From: Alphaproteobacteria bacterium
GTDB lineage: Bacteria; Pseudomonadota; Alphaproteobacteria; UBA828
Length of the DNA stretch: 64,000 bases
NCBI GenBank assembly: GCA_963422645.2
Contig: CAXXVO010000014.1
Coordinates: 1-64,000, forward strand
Direction: 5' to 3'
Below are positions 1 to 10,307 of this stretch, in pieces. Position 1 is the stretch's first letter. Each line of letters begins with the position of its first letter. The translations under genes were made by a program, and so were the position numbers. Under the pieces are notes generated by a model. That model was given only the letters and a program-made list of their open reading frames with translations. It searched no databases and had not been told where the DNA came from.

Positions 1-890
1 ACGCCCAGTTCGTGCCCGAGAAGCGTCTGGCCGAACTCATGAGCGACATCTTCGCGGTGTCCATCTCCACTGCCACGATCGCCGCCATGGGCCGGCGCAC
101 AGCGCAGCGCTTCGAGGGCTTCCTCGACCATGTCGCCGATCTGATCCGCACGCAGGCGCCGGTCAAGCACCTCGACGAGACCGGCCTGCGTATCGCCGCC
201 CGTACCCGCTGGCTCCATGTGCTGTGCACCCCGTTGCTCACCGTCCTGCGCATCGGCGAGGGACGCGGCGATGTCGAAAAGAACCTGAAAGGCATCCTCG
301 TCCACGACGACTTCGCCCCCTACTTCACCATCAAGGGCGTCCGCCACGGCGCCTGCAACGCACATCACCTGCGCGAACTCCAGGCCCTGATCGACATCGA
401 GAAGGAGGAATGGGCGGCGAGCATGCACCGCCTGCTTCAGCGCGCGCGCAGGGCCGCCCGCTTCGCCCGTGAGAAAGACCGTCAAGTCCCCGCCTCCCTG
501 GTGGCCCGCATCTCAAGGGCATGGGACCGTATCCTCGAAGAAGCCATCGCCTTCCATGAGGCCCAACCGCCGCTCCAGATCGCAAAGCGAGGGCGAAAGA
601 AACGCCGCATCGGCCACAACCTCGCGCGCCGCCTTCAAAAGCATAAGGAGGGCTGCCTGCGCTTCCTCACCGACCTGCGCACGCCGTTCACGAATAACGA
701 GGCGGAGCGTGACATCCGTATGAACAAAGTGCATGAGAAGATCTCAGGCGGCTTCCGCTCCCTGCAAGGCGCCTGCAACTTCGCCGGAATGCGCAGCGTC
801 ATCGTCACCGCTCGAAAGCAAGGCTGGAACATCCTGCAAATCCTGGCGCACCCGGAACCGATGCAGCTGATCCCTATACTGCGCTCCTGA
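1..890 (+). CDS. tnpC: IS66 transposase TnpC, 5'-partial
   Basis: HLDETG, CNAHHLREL and PFTNNEAERDIR motifs; same translation as the C-terminal part of 2447-3985. Confidence 0.93.
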   Translation, partial: AQFVPEKRLAELMSDIFAVSISTATIAAMGRRTAQRFEGFLDHVADLIRTQAPVKHLDETGLRIAARTRWLHVLCTPLLTVLRIGEGRGDVEKNLKGILVHDDFAPYFTIKGVRHGACNAHHLRELQALIDIEKEEWAASMHRLLQRARRAARFAREKDRQVPASLVARISRAWDRILEEAIAFHEAQPPLQIAKRGRKKRRIGHNLARRLQKHKEGCLRFLTDLRTPFTNNEAERDIRMNKVHEKISGGFRSLQGACNFAGMRSVIVTARKQGWNILQILAHPEPMQLIPILRS

Positions 891-1055
891 ACTTCTCCGG
901 CTCATCCTGAGTATCGCTGTCCTCTCATCTTGTTCGCGACGCGGCGTTCATCATCCTCTCGCGCTCAAGAGAGTAGGCACCCCCGCGGCGTGGGGGCGTT
1001 GACGCAAAAGGAACTGGCTTGTTCCATAAGAGAGAGGGGGTACCTGGGCAGTTAC
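1..1055 (+). mobile_element. IS66-family element, right part (runs off window start)
   Basis: Apparently identical to 3096-4150 (offset 3095); ends in GGGGTACCTGGGCAGTTAC (IS66-type GTAA/TTAC terminus). Confidence 0.93.
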
Positions 1056-1057
1056 GT

Positions 1058-1162
1058 GTGATCATCATGGGCCACAGTTATGGCGGCATGATAATTAGCG
1101 GTGTCGCCGACAAGGCGACCGAATGCCTCGCCCAGGCGATCATGAACGCCGGACGGGATTAA
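1058..1162 (+). pseudogene. Alpha/beta-hydrolase fragment next to the IS66 end
   Basis: Reads VIIMGHSYGGMIISGVADK (GxSxG nucleophile elbow), then stops after 34 codons. Confidence 0.6.
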
Positions 1163-1209
1163 GCAGCGGGGTTATACGCCGACGATGGCGTTGCGTCCGT
1201 TGAGGTTGA

Positions 1210-1671
<462 letters not shown>

Positions 1672-1784
1672 TGAGGACGGTGATTATGGCGGCGGCCGCG
1701 GCCTGGTTCTGCCACCGCGATTGGTTCTTGACCTCATAGAGTTGCGGGACTATGGACTGCTCTCTCGCGTGACGGGAGCGGTCC

Positions 1785-2450
1785 ATGGGGTATTTCGGCT
1801 CGAAGGCGACAGCAGGTCTGTGCCAAGCGCTGATTGCGCTGATGCCGCCGCACTCCGTCTACATCGAAAGCCACCTTGGGGGCGGGGCGCTGATGAAGCG
1901 CAAGCCGCCGGCCGTGCGTTCGATCGGCATCGACCGCGATGCGCAGGCGCTCGAGGCCTTCGTCTGCGACTACCCGGTCGATCTGGTTCACGGCTGTGCC
2001 CATGACTTCCTGGCCTCGTTCCCGTTCCTGGGCCCGGAGCTGGTTTACAGCGATCCGCCCTATCTGCACGCGACCCGCCGCTCGGCGCAGCGCTACCGCT
2101 TCGAGTACGAGGAGGCCGGCCACGTCGCGCTTCTCGCGCTGCTCAAGGCTCTGCCCTGCCAGGTCATGATCTCGGGCCATCCGTCGGCGCTCTATGACGA
2201 GGTGCTGGCGGGATGGCGCCGGCTGGCGCTGCAGGTCACGACCCAGGGTCTGGTGCGAACCGAGGTCGTCTGGTTCAACTACGCCCCCGACCGGATGCAT
2301 TGGGCCAGCCACGCAGGCCGGAACTTCACCGACCGCCAGCGCATCAAGCGCAAGGCAGCCAACTGGGGCCGGCGCTACCAGGCCTTGCCGCCGGGCGAAC
2401 GCCTCGCCGTGCTCGCCGCCATGATGGCCGTCGAGGCCGAAGACACGTGA
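1785..2450 (+). CDS. Short D12-class (Dam-like) N6-adenine DNA methyltransferase
   Basis: YFGSK, ESHLGGGA (SAM-binding) and YSDPPY (catalytic) motifs. Confidence 0.85.
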   Translation: MGYFGSKATAGLCQALIALMPPHSVYIESHLGGGALMKRKPPAVRSIGIDRDAQALEAFVCDYPVDLVHGCAHDFLASFPFLGPELVYSDPPYLHATRRSAQRYRFEYEEAGHVALLALLKALPCQVMISGHPSALYDEVLAGWRRLALQVTTQGLVRTEVVWFNYAPDRMHWASHAGRNFTDRQRIKRKAANWGRRYQALPPGERLAVLAAMMAVEAEDT

Positions 2451-3985
2451 CGGTGTCGCACTGGCACGAAGACCTCGCCGCCCGTAACGAGGCCTTCTGC
2501 TGCCTGAAGGAGCTTCTCGAGCCATCATCCCTCGCAACCACTGTCGTCGTTGCCGTCCGGGAATGGGGGCAGGGGCTGCTGCGATCAGCCACCGCGCTCG
2601 CCCGGGAAAATGCCGCACTCGAGCAGGAGAACGCGGCCCTGCGCGAGCGCATCGCCGAACTCGAGCGCAGCGCGGCCCTCAACAGCACCACAAGCAGCAA
2701 GCCCCCCGCCAGCGACGGGCTCAAGAAGAAAAGCGGAGCCCAGAGGCGCACCCAAAGCCAGCGCGGAAAGTCCGGCGGGCCCAGTGGCGGCCAGCCCGGC
2801 CACAAGGGAACCACCCTCGCGCGGAGCGACAGCCCGGACCGTGTCGTCGATCACCACCCCTCCACCTGTTCCGGCTGTGGCGTCGAGCTCTCGGACGCCG
2901 ACCGGCAAGGCGCGCCCGCCTGTCGGCAGGTCTTCGACGTACCCGAGCCGCAGCCTCTCGAGGTCACCGAACACCGCGCCCATCGCTGCCTCTGCGGCGC
3001 ATGCGGCACGCTGACACGAGCCGCCTTCCCGCCGGGCGTCACCGCCCCGGTCCAGTACGGCCCTCGCATCACCGCTTGGGTGAGTTACCTGCTGTACGCC
3101 CAGTTCGTGCCCGAGAAGCGTCTGGCCGAACTCATGAGCGACATCTTCGCGGTGTCCATCTCCACTGCCACGATCGCCGCCATGGGCCGGCGCACAGCGC
3201 AGCGCTTCGAGGGCTTCCTCGACCATGTCGCCGATCTGATCCGCACGCAGGCGCCGGTCAAGCACCTCGACGAGACCGGCCTGCGTATCGCCGCCCGTAC
3301 CCGCTGGCTCCATGTGCTGTGCACCCCGTTGCTCACCGTCCTGCGCATCGGCGAGGGACGCGGCGATGTCGAAAAGAACCTGAAAGGCATCCTCGTCCAC
3401 GACGACTTCGCCCCCTACTTCACCATCAAGGGCGTCCGCCACGGCGCCTGCAACGCACATCACCTGCGCGAACTCCAGGCCCTGATCGACATCGAGAAGG
3501 AGGAATGGGCGGCGAGCATGCACCGCCTGCTTCAGCGCGCGCGCAGGGCCGCCCGCTTCGCCCGTGAGAAAGACCGTCAAGTCCCCGCCTCCCTGGTGGC
3601 CCGCATCTCAAGGGCATGGGACCGTATCCTCGAAGAAGCCATCGCCTTCCATGAGGCCCAACCGCCGCTCCAGATCGCAAAGCGAGGGCGAAAGAAACGC
3701 CGCATCGGCCACAACCTCGCGCGCCGCCTTCAAAAGCATAAGGAGGGCTGCCTGCGCTTCCTCACCGACCTGCGCACGCCGTTCACGAATAACGAGGCGG
3801 AGCGTGACATCCGTATGAACAAAGTGCATGAGAAGATCTCAGGCGGCTTCCGCTCCCTGCAAGGCGCCTGCAACTTCGCCGGAATGCGCAGCGTCATCGT
3901 CACCGCTCGAAAGCAAGGCTGGAACATCCTGCAAATCCTGGCGCACCCGGAACCGATGCAGCTGATCCCTATACTGCGCTCCTGA
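2447..3985 (+). CDS. tnpC: IS66 transposase TnpC
   Basis: GTG start overlaps the methyltransferase stop (GTGA); coiled coil, SSKPPASDG, GGQPGHKG, CxxC zinc finger and DDE core. Confidence 0.92.
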   Translation: MTVSHWHEDLAARNEAFCCLKELLEPSSLATTVVVAVREWGQGLLRSATALARENAALEQENAALRERIAELERSAALNSTTSSKPPASDGLKKKSGAQRRTQSQRGKSGGPSGGQPGHKGTTLARSDSPDRVVDHHPSTCSGCGVELSDADRQGAPACRQVFDVPEPQPLEVTEHRAHRCLCGACGTLTRAAFPPGVTAPVQYGPRITAWVSYLLYAQFVPEKRLAELMSDIFAVSISTATIAAMGRRTAQRFEGFLDHVADLIRTQAPVKHLDETGLRIAARTRWLHVLCTPLLTVLRIGEGRGDVEKNLKGILVHDDFAPYFTIKGVRHGACNAHHLRELQALIDIEKEEWAASMHRLLQRARRAARFAREKDRQVPASLVARISRAWDRILEEAIAFHEAQPPLQIAKRGRKKRRIGHNLARRLQKHKEGCLRFLTDLRTPFTNNEAERDIRMNKVHEKISGGFRSLQGACNFAGMRSVIVTARKQGWNILQILAHPEPMQLIPILRS

Positions 3986-4193
3986 ACTTCTCCGGCTCAT
4001 CCTGAGTATCGCTGTCCTCTCATCTTGTTCGCGACGCGGCGTTCATCATCCTCTCGCGCTCAAGAGAGTAGGCACCCCCGCGGCGTGGGGGCGTTGACGC
4101 AAAAGGAACTGGCTTGTTCCATAAGAGAGAGGGGGTACCTGGGCAGTTACCTTAAAACGCCATGGGATTCGCTTCTCTCTGCGCCAATTATTC

Positions 4194-4206
4194 GTAACTG
4201 CCCAGG
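4194..4206 (-). repeat. Extra IS66 right-end-like motif GTAACTGCCCAGG
   Basis: Same 13-mer as at 4379 and as the complement of 4138-4150. Confidence 0.75.
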
Positions 4207-4480
4207 TTCTTGCTGTGAAAATTCTCTGGGATTCGGCACAACGCTACCCACGCGACGCCCGTGTGCTCCTCTGGGGTCGCCGGGTTTCACAGCTCACGAT
4301 GCCCCTCTTGCGGACTGCGACCGGTAAGCTACCCCGATGTGGCCCGAAGTCCGCCCGCGCGACGGGCACCGATTTTCAGTAACTGCCCAGGTCTGATTCT
4401 GCCGAGCACTCGGACGTGATGGATTGATGGTTCTGACCAGCCAGGGGTCAGGCGGCGCTTTCCCGGAGCAGCGCAGGATT

Positions 4481-6022
4481 TCAGAAGCGCAATACGGGGA
4501 TCAGCTGGATTGGATCGGGGTGCGCCAGGGTTTCGAGGACATTCCAGCGCTGTTTTCGAGCGGTGGCGATGACGGATCGCAGGTTTGCGAAGTCGCGGGC
4601 GCCTTGTATCGAGCGGAAGCCGCCTGAGATTTTCTGGCGCAGCTTGCCCATTCGGAGGTCGCGCTCGGCCTCGTTGTTGGAGAAGGGGGTTCGCGGATCG
4701 GTGAGGAAGCGCAGGCACCCCTCCTTGTACTTCTGGAGTCGGAGGGCGAGGTTGTGACCGATGCGGCGCTTTTGTCGTCCGCGCTTTCCGGTCTGGAGCG
4801 GTGGCATTTCTTCGTGAGAGGCGATGGCACGTTCGAGGATGCGGTCCCAGGCTCGCGAGATGCGGGCCACCAGTGAGGCGGGCACGTCGCGGTCGTTCTT
4901 GTGGGCGAAGCGGGCGGCTCTGTTGGCACGGATGAGGAGCCGGTGCGTGCTCGTTGCCCAGTCTTCCTTCTCGATCTCGATGAGGGCTTGGAGCTCGCGC
5001 AGGTGATGGGCGTTGCAGGCCCCGTGGCGCACGCCCTCGAGAGCGAAGTAGGTGGCGTAGTCGTCATGGATGACGATGCCGTTGAGCTTCTCGTCGATGT
5101 GGCTGCGCCCGGTGGCGACGCGCAGGATGGTGAGCAACGGGGTGCACAGCACATGGAGCCAATGGGTCCGGGCGGCGATGCGGATGCCGGTCTCGTCGAG
5201 GTGTTTGACTGGGGCTGCGGTGCGGATGATCTCCGCGAGGCGATCGAGGAAGCCCTCGAAGCGCCGGGCGGTGCGCCTTCCCATGGCGACGATGGTGGCT
5301 GTTGAGAGCTTGACCGCGAAGCGGTCGCTCATGACCTCGGCGACCCGCTTCTCGGGAATGAACTGAGCGTGCAGCAGGTAGGTCACCCACGCGGTGATGC
5401 GCGGCCCGTATTGGACCGGTGCGCTCACGCCGTTCGGGAAGACGGCTGTCGTCACGGTGCCGCAGGCAGCGCAGAGGCAACGATGGCCGCGATGTTCGGT
5501 GACCTCGAGGGGCTGCGGCTCGGGCACATCGAAGACCTGCCGGCAGACGGGGGCTCCGTGACGGTCAGCGTCCGACAGCGGCGCGCCGCAGCCCTCACAG
5601 GCGGACGGATCATGATCGACGACATGGTCGGGCGTCGCGGTCCGCTCCAGGGTAGTTCCCTTGTGGCCCGGCTGGCCGCCACTGGGCCTGTCGGACTTGC
5701 CGCGCTGGCTCCGGGTGCGCTTCTCCCGGTCACCGCTCTTCTTCTTCAGACCGTCGCTGGCCGGCGGCTTGGAGCTGGTGGTGCTGTCGAGCGCGGCGCT
5801 GCGCTCGAGTTCGGCGATCCGCTCGCGCAAGCGGGCGTTCTCCCGCTCCAGCGCGTCGTTCTCCTTGACCAGGGCCGCGCTCAGGCGCAGCAACCTCTGG
5901 CCCCATTCCCGAATGGCTTTGACGGCGGTCATTGCGAAGGATTGTGGGGTGAAAAGGTCCTGCAGGCACGCGAAGGCCTCGTCGTGGGCAGCGAGGTCCT
6001 CGTGCCAGCGCGACACTGTCAC
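4481..6022 (-). CDS. tnpC: IS66 transposase TnpC (paralogue)
   Basis: Same motifs as 2447-3985; GTGA overlap with the methyltransferase stop. Confidence 0.92.
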   Translation of the reverse strand: MTVSRWHEDLAAHDEAFACLQDLFTPQSFAMTAVKAIREWGQRLLRLSAALVKENDALERENARLRERIAELERSAALDSTTSSKPPASDGLKKKSGDREKRTRSQRGKSDRPSGGQPGHKGTTLERTATPDHVVDHDPSACEGCGAPLSDADRHGAPVCRQVFDVPEPQPLEVTEHRGHRCLCAACGTVTTAVFPNGVSAPVQYGPRITAWVTYLLHAQFIPEKRVAEVMSDRFAVKLSTATIVAMGRRTARRFEGFLDRLAEIIRTAAPVKHLDETGIRIAARTHWLHVLCTPLLTILRVATGRSHIDEKLNGIVIHDDYATYFALEGVRHGACNAHHLRELQALIEIEKEDWATSTHRLLIRANRAARFAHKNDRDVPASLVARISRAWDRILERAIASHEEMPPLQTGKRGRQKRRIGHNLALRLQKYKEGCLRFLTDPRTPFSNNEAERDLRMGKLRQKISGGFRSIQGARDFANLRSVIATARKQRWNVLETLAHPDPIQLIPVLRF

Positions 6023-6687
6023 GAACCCTCGTCGGCCTCGACGGCCATGATCGCGGCCAGCACCGCCAGGCGTTCGCCCGCCGGCATGGCCTCGTAGCGC
6101 CGGCCCCAGTTGGTCGCCTTGCGCTTGATGCACTGGCGCTCGGTGAAGTTCCGGCCGGCGAAGCTCGCCCAGTGCACCCGGTCAGGCGCGAAGTTGAACC
6201 ACACGACCTCGGTCCGCACCTGGGCCTGGGTCGTCACCTGCAGCGCCAGCCGGCGCCAGCCCGCCAGCAGCTCGTCATAGAGCGCAGACGGGTGGCCCGA
6301 GACCATCACCTGGCAGGGCAGACCCTTGAGCAGTTCGAGGAGCGCGACGTGGTCGGCCTCCTCGTACTCGAAGCGGTAGCGCTGCGACGAACGCCGGGTC
6401 GCGTGCAGATAGGGCGGATCGCTGTAGACCAGCTCCGGGCCCAGAAACGGGAACGAGGCCAGGAAGGAATGGGCGCAGCCGTGCACCAACTCCACCGGGT
6501 AGTCGCAGCCAAAGGCCTCAAGCGCCCGCTCGTCGCGGTCGATCCCGATCGAGCGCATGGCCGCAGGCTTGCGCTTCATCAGCGCCCCGCCCCCAAGATG
6601 GCTCTCGATATAGACAGAGTGCCGCGGCATCAGCGCAATCAGCGCCTGGCTCAGACCGGTCGTCGCCTTCGACCCGAAATACCCCAC
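6019..6687 (-). CDS. Short D12-class N6-adenine DNA methyltransferase (paralogue)
   Basis: YFGSK, ESHLGGGA and YSDPPY; aligns along the full length with 1785-2450. Confidence 0.85.
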   Translation of the reverse strand: MGYFGSKATTGLSQALIALMPRHSVYIESHLGGGALMKRKPAAMRSIGIDRDERALEAFGCDYPVELVHGCAHSFLASFPFLGPELVYSDPPYLHATRRSSQRYRFEYEEADHVALLELLKGLPCQVMVSGHPSALYDELLAGWRRLALQVTTQAQVRTEVVWFNFAPDRVHWASFAGRNFTERQCIKRKATNWGRRYEAMPAGERLAVLAAIMAVEADEGS

Positions 6688-6839
6688 CGGCTGCTCCTCT
6701 CATGCGAGAGTGCAACCCATAGGCGAGAGAACCTATACAGTCAAGCGGGGATCAACGACGCGCCGACGGCGAAACGGCACCGACGGCAAGCAACATCAGC
6801 ACGCACTCAGAACTGGCGGCGGGGTACCTGGGTAGTTAC

Positions 6840-6847
6840 CATAGATC
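6840..6847 (+). repeat. 8-bp target-site duplication CATAGATC (right copy)
   Basis: Matches 1635-1642. Confidence 0.92.
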
Positions 6848-8187
6848 ACGTTCTGGACAGGTTCGACCTCAGACGAGACATGCAGCTGGAGACCCGTGTC
6901 ACGAGCGCGGTGTTCGACGATGCCACGAAGCGCTGGATCATCGATACGGACCGCGGTGAACGCCTCTCCGCCAGGTACTGCATTATGGCGACTGGCTGCA
7001 TGTCGACCCCCTACATCCCCGATTACGAGGGCTTGGAGCGCTTCGAAGGCGACTGGTAGCACACCGGCCTCTGGCCGCATGAGGAGATCGACTTCACCGG
7101 CAAGCGCGTCGCCGTGATCGGGACGGGCTCATCGGGTGTCCAGTCGGTACCGGTGATTGCCGCGCAGGCGGCCCACCTCACGGTCTTCCAGCGCACACCG
7201 AACTTCAGTGTTCCGGCGTGGAATGGCCCGCTCGACGACGAGGACGTGCAGTCGTGGAAGTCGCGCTATCCCGAGCTCCGGCGGCGCGCCCGCGGCACGC
7301 GCGTCGGCGATATCTTCGAGATCTCCGAAACATCGGCGCTCGATGTATCGGCGGAGGAGCGCGAGAAGACGTTCGAGCGCCGGTGGCAGGAGGGCGCCTT
7401 CAATTTCCTGCAGTCCTTTGTCGACCTCATCACCAGCAAGACCGCGAACGACTTTGCCGTAGAGTTCGTGCACGACAAGATCCGCCAACGGGTCGACGAC
7501 CCCGAGGTCGCGGACATTCTGTGTCCAACGGATCACCCGCTCGGCACAAAGCGGATGTGCGTCGATACTGACTATTACGAGACCTTCAACCGCGCCAATG
7601 TCAGCCTGGTCGACCTGAAGGCGACGCCTATCGAGGAGATTACGCCGAGCGGCATCAAGGCCGACGGCAAGGAGCACGAGCTCGACGCCATCGTGTTCGC
7701 CACGGGCTTCGACGCCATGACCGGCGCGCTCTTCAACATCGACATTCGGGGCCGGGGCGGCATCGGGCTCAAGCAGAAATGGTCGGATGGCCCGAGGAGC
7801 TATCTCGGGCTCGCGGTCGCGGGCTTCCCCAATCTCTTCACGGTCACGGGCCCCGGCAGCCCCTCGGTGCTCAGCAACATGATGAACTCGCTCGAGCAAC
7901 ACATCGAATGGATCGCCGACTGCATCGCCTACCTGGAGGAGCACGCAATCGACAGCATCGAGGCGAACGCCGAGGCCGAAGACGAGTGGATGCTCCACGT
8001 CAACGAAGCGGCCGACAAGACGCTCTTCTTCCAGTCCAACACCTGGTATGTCGGCGCGAACATCCCGGGCAAGCCGCGCGTAATTTATCCCTATGTCGGC
8101 GGCGTCGGCGCTTACCGCAACATTTGCGATGAAGTCGTGGCCAAGGGCTATGAGGGCTTCACCCTTACTGGGCCTCAGGGCTGTTGA
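6848..8187 (+). pseudogene. Baeyer-Villiger monooxygenase, 3' part, with an in-frame TAG at 7057-7059
   Basis: FEGDW*HTGLWP (FxGxxxHTxxWP fingerprint), VIGTGSSG, QRTP and ATGFD. Confidence 0.92.
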
Positions 8188-8297
8188 TCGCGAAAGGTAT
8201 GCCTATTGTTGGGGCTCCCTGCAGTTGTGGTAGGAATGCGCATTACTGCACAGCCCCGTGCTGGATCGTGTTGTTCGGCACGCTGTGTCGACGACGA

Positions 8298-9593
8298 TTA
8301 GCACACCAATACTGTCAACGGCGGCTGGAATTGTAGCTGACAGAAAGTCAGATAAATCGGCGACGAAATGTCGGATGAATTCCTAGTGTCCTGAACGAGA
8401 AGTTCGTACGAATTGCAGGAACCCCACCACGTCATGCCCGGACTTGTTCCGGCCATCCATGACTCTCCGTCATGCTTGGCTGACGCGGATGACCGGAACA
8501 AGTCCGATGGTGTCAACGCCGGTTGAAGATTCGGCCAAAGGGCGGCGAGGATTCCATCGGCGGACCTGGTCCACTTGAAGGGTCGGGGATTTTCGTTGTG
8601 GGTTTCGATGAAAGCGCGGATGTCGGCCTCGAGCTGGAGGGTAGAGCGGTGCCCCCCGCGTTGCAGCTGCTTGCGTGTCAGCTCGGCGAACCAGCGTTCG
8701 ACTTGGTTGATCCAGGACGCCGACGTCGGCGCGAAGTGGACATTCCAGTGCGCTCGCCGCGCCAGCCAGGCCTTGACCGCTGCGGTTTTGTGAGTGGCGT
8801 AGTTGTCCATGACGATGTGGACGTCCAGCCCCTCGGGGACGCGCCTGTCGATCTCCTTCAGGAAGTCGAGGAACTCCCTGGCCCGGTGGCGGCGATAGCA
8901 CTTGCCTATGACCGAGCCGGTGGCAACGTCGAGGGCGGCGAAGAGCGAGGTGGTGCCGTGACGCTTGTAGTCGTGCGTGCGCCGCTCAGGGATGCCCGGC
9001 AGCATCGGCAGGACCGGCTGGCTGCGGTCGAGCGCCTGGATCTGGCTTTTCTCGTCGACACAGAGCACCAGCGCGCGGTCCGGCGGCGACATGTAGAGGC
9101 CTACGATGTCGCGGACCTTCTCCACGAAGTGCGGATCGGCCGACAGCTTGAACGTCTCCGCCCGGTGCGGCTGCACGCTGAAGGCCGCCCAAATCCGCCG
9201 GACCGTCGTGTGCGACAGTCCGCTCTCCCGGGCCATCGAACGGGTCGACCAGTGGGTCGCGTCGGCCGGCGTCGTCTCCAGCTTCCGATCGATGACCACA
9301 GCCACCTGCTCGTCCGTGAGCGTCCGCGGCCGTCCCGGACGAGGCTCATCCGAAAGTCCGTCGATGCGCTCCTTCAGGAAGCGGCGGCGCCACTTGCCGA
9401 CCGTGTGCTCGTGCACGCCGATCTCGGCTGCCGCCGCCTTGTTTGTCAGCCCGTCTGCACAGCGCAGGATCATGCGGCAGCGATCGGAGAGCGAGCGCGC
9501 GACCCGGTGGCGTCGAGCCTGACGTTCAAGATACGATCGTTCTTCATCGCTCAGAACCAGGACCGCCATCGGCCGGCCACTGCCACGTGCCAT
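8298..9593 (-). CDS. IS630 transposase with an aberrant C-terminus that reads past the element end
   Basis: [21 protein letters not shown] and [10 protein letters not shown] motifs; sequence departs from the usual end after [11 protein letters not shown]. Confidence 0.85.
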   Translation of the reverse strand: MARGSGRPMAVLVLSDEERSYLERQARRHRVARSLSDRCRMILRCADGLTNKAAAAEIGVHEHTVGKWRRRFLKERIDGLSDEPRPGRPRTLTDEQVAVVIDRKLETTPADATHWSTRSMARESGLSHTTVRRIWAAFSVQPHRAETFKLSADPHFVEKVRDIVGLYMSPPDRALVLCVDEKSQIQALDRSQPVLPMLPGIPERRTHDYKRHGTTSLFAALDVATGSVIGKCYRRHRAREFLDFLKEIDRRVPEGLDVHIVMDNYATHKTAAVKAWLARRAHWNVHFAPTSASWINQVERWFAELTRKQLQRGGHRSTLQLEADIRAFIETHNENPRPFKWTRSADGILAALWPNLQPALTPSDLFRSSASAKHDGESWMAGTSPGMTWWGSCNSYELLVQDTRNSSDISSPIYLTFCQLQFQPPLTVLVC

Positions 9594-9664
9594 CGGAAAG
9601 ACCTCCCAAATCCAACGCCGATGGCTGTTATATAATGCTATCTACTTCAGTTCCAGGTGACTAG
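8383..9664 (-). mobile_element. IS630-family element
   Basis: CTAG at both ends; imperfect inverted repeats (CTAGTCACCTGGAACTGAAGT vs CTAGTGTCCTGAACGAGAAGT). Confidence 0.8.
8431..8506. repeat. REP/RIME-like palindromic element
   Basis: Arms CGGACTTGTTCCGGCCATCC (8439-8458) and GGATGACCGGAACAAGTCCG (8487-8506) are complementary at 19 of 20 positions. Confidence 0.75.
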
Positions 9665-10146
9665 TCGTCGGCCTTGTTGTAGTCCCAGGTCAACCAGTCC
9701 TGCGGCGTGATGGTCACGATGGTGCGGCCCTCGGACATCACCGGCTCGGCGTACTTGTCCGCATCCTCCGGGCCCAGCGCCTTCTTGAGGACCGCGACAG
9801 TCACCTCGCGAATCAGCGCATCGTCCTGGGAGAGCGTGGCGTTGCCCCGGCACATGATCGCCCAGGCGCCAGCCGCGAGACCCTGAGCGCTCTCGTCCAC
9901 GCGGGGGTCGCGGTCGATCAGGATCGATACGCGCGGGTCGCGCGCCAGGTTCTTGAGGTGGATTCGGCCGGCGCCGAGGGTGAGCCGGAAGACCTCGCCG
10001 TTCCAGTCGAACCAGATCGGCGTGAGATGGATCATCCCGTCCTCGCGATAGCTCGCGAGGCGCGCCAGTGTTCCTGCCGCCAATCGCTCGTCGATTTCCG
10101 CCTTGGAAAGCGCGTTTTCGGGGGTTGCAGTGGTCTTCGAGCTCAT
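9661..10146 (-). CDS. Pyridoxamine 5'-phosphate oxidase-like (PPOX class) protein
   Basis: LASYREDG..HLTPIWF and NLARDPRVSILID; its stop codon is the IS630 CTAG. Confidence 0.8.
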   Translation of the reverse strand: MSSKTTATPENALSKAEIDERLAAGTLARLASYREDGMIHLTPIWFDWNGEVFRLTLGAGRIHLKNLARDPRVSILIDRDPRVDESAQGLAAGAWAIMCRGNATLSQDDALIREVTVAVLKKALGPEDADKYAEPVMSEGRTIVTITPQDWLTWDYNKADD

Positions 10147-10307
10147 GGTTTCTCCCGCTGTCGCGTGTTGCCGGCGGGCGAGCGCCCGACCGTGAATGGG
10201 CGGCGATGATAGCGGCCGGTCGGAGCAACCGAAAGGCGCCGGGCGCTTGCCGACTGCCCGCCGATCGGCGAGTCTCGCGCCCCGTCGCGCGCGAAAAATG
10301 GAGAGAT

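Larger units (their letters stand above)
4379..6839 (-). mobile_element. IS66 element B (diverged relative of A) with methyltransferase passenger
   Basis: Terminal inverted repeats at 4379 and 6839; same methyltransferase-tnpC order, on the minus strand. Confidence 0.88.

Noticed and set aside
2213-2446. Upstream extension of the TnpC ORF, or a methyltransferase-TnpC frameshift fusion
   Set aside because: The extension overlaps the methyltransferase in another frame and differs between copies; no slippery site seen; the GTGA overlap explains the start
7057-7059. Programmed TAG readthrough (pyrrolysine)
   Set aside because: The gene is already broken by an insertion and no pyl genes are visible; a nonsense mutation is simpler
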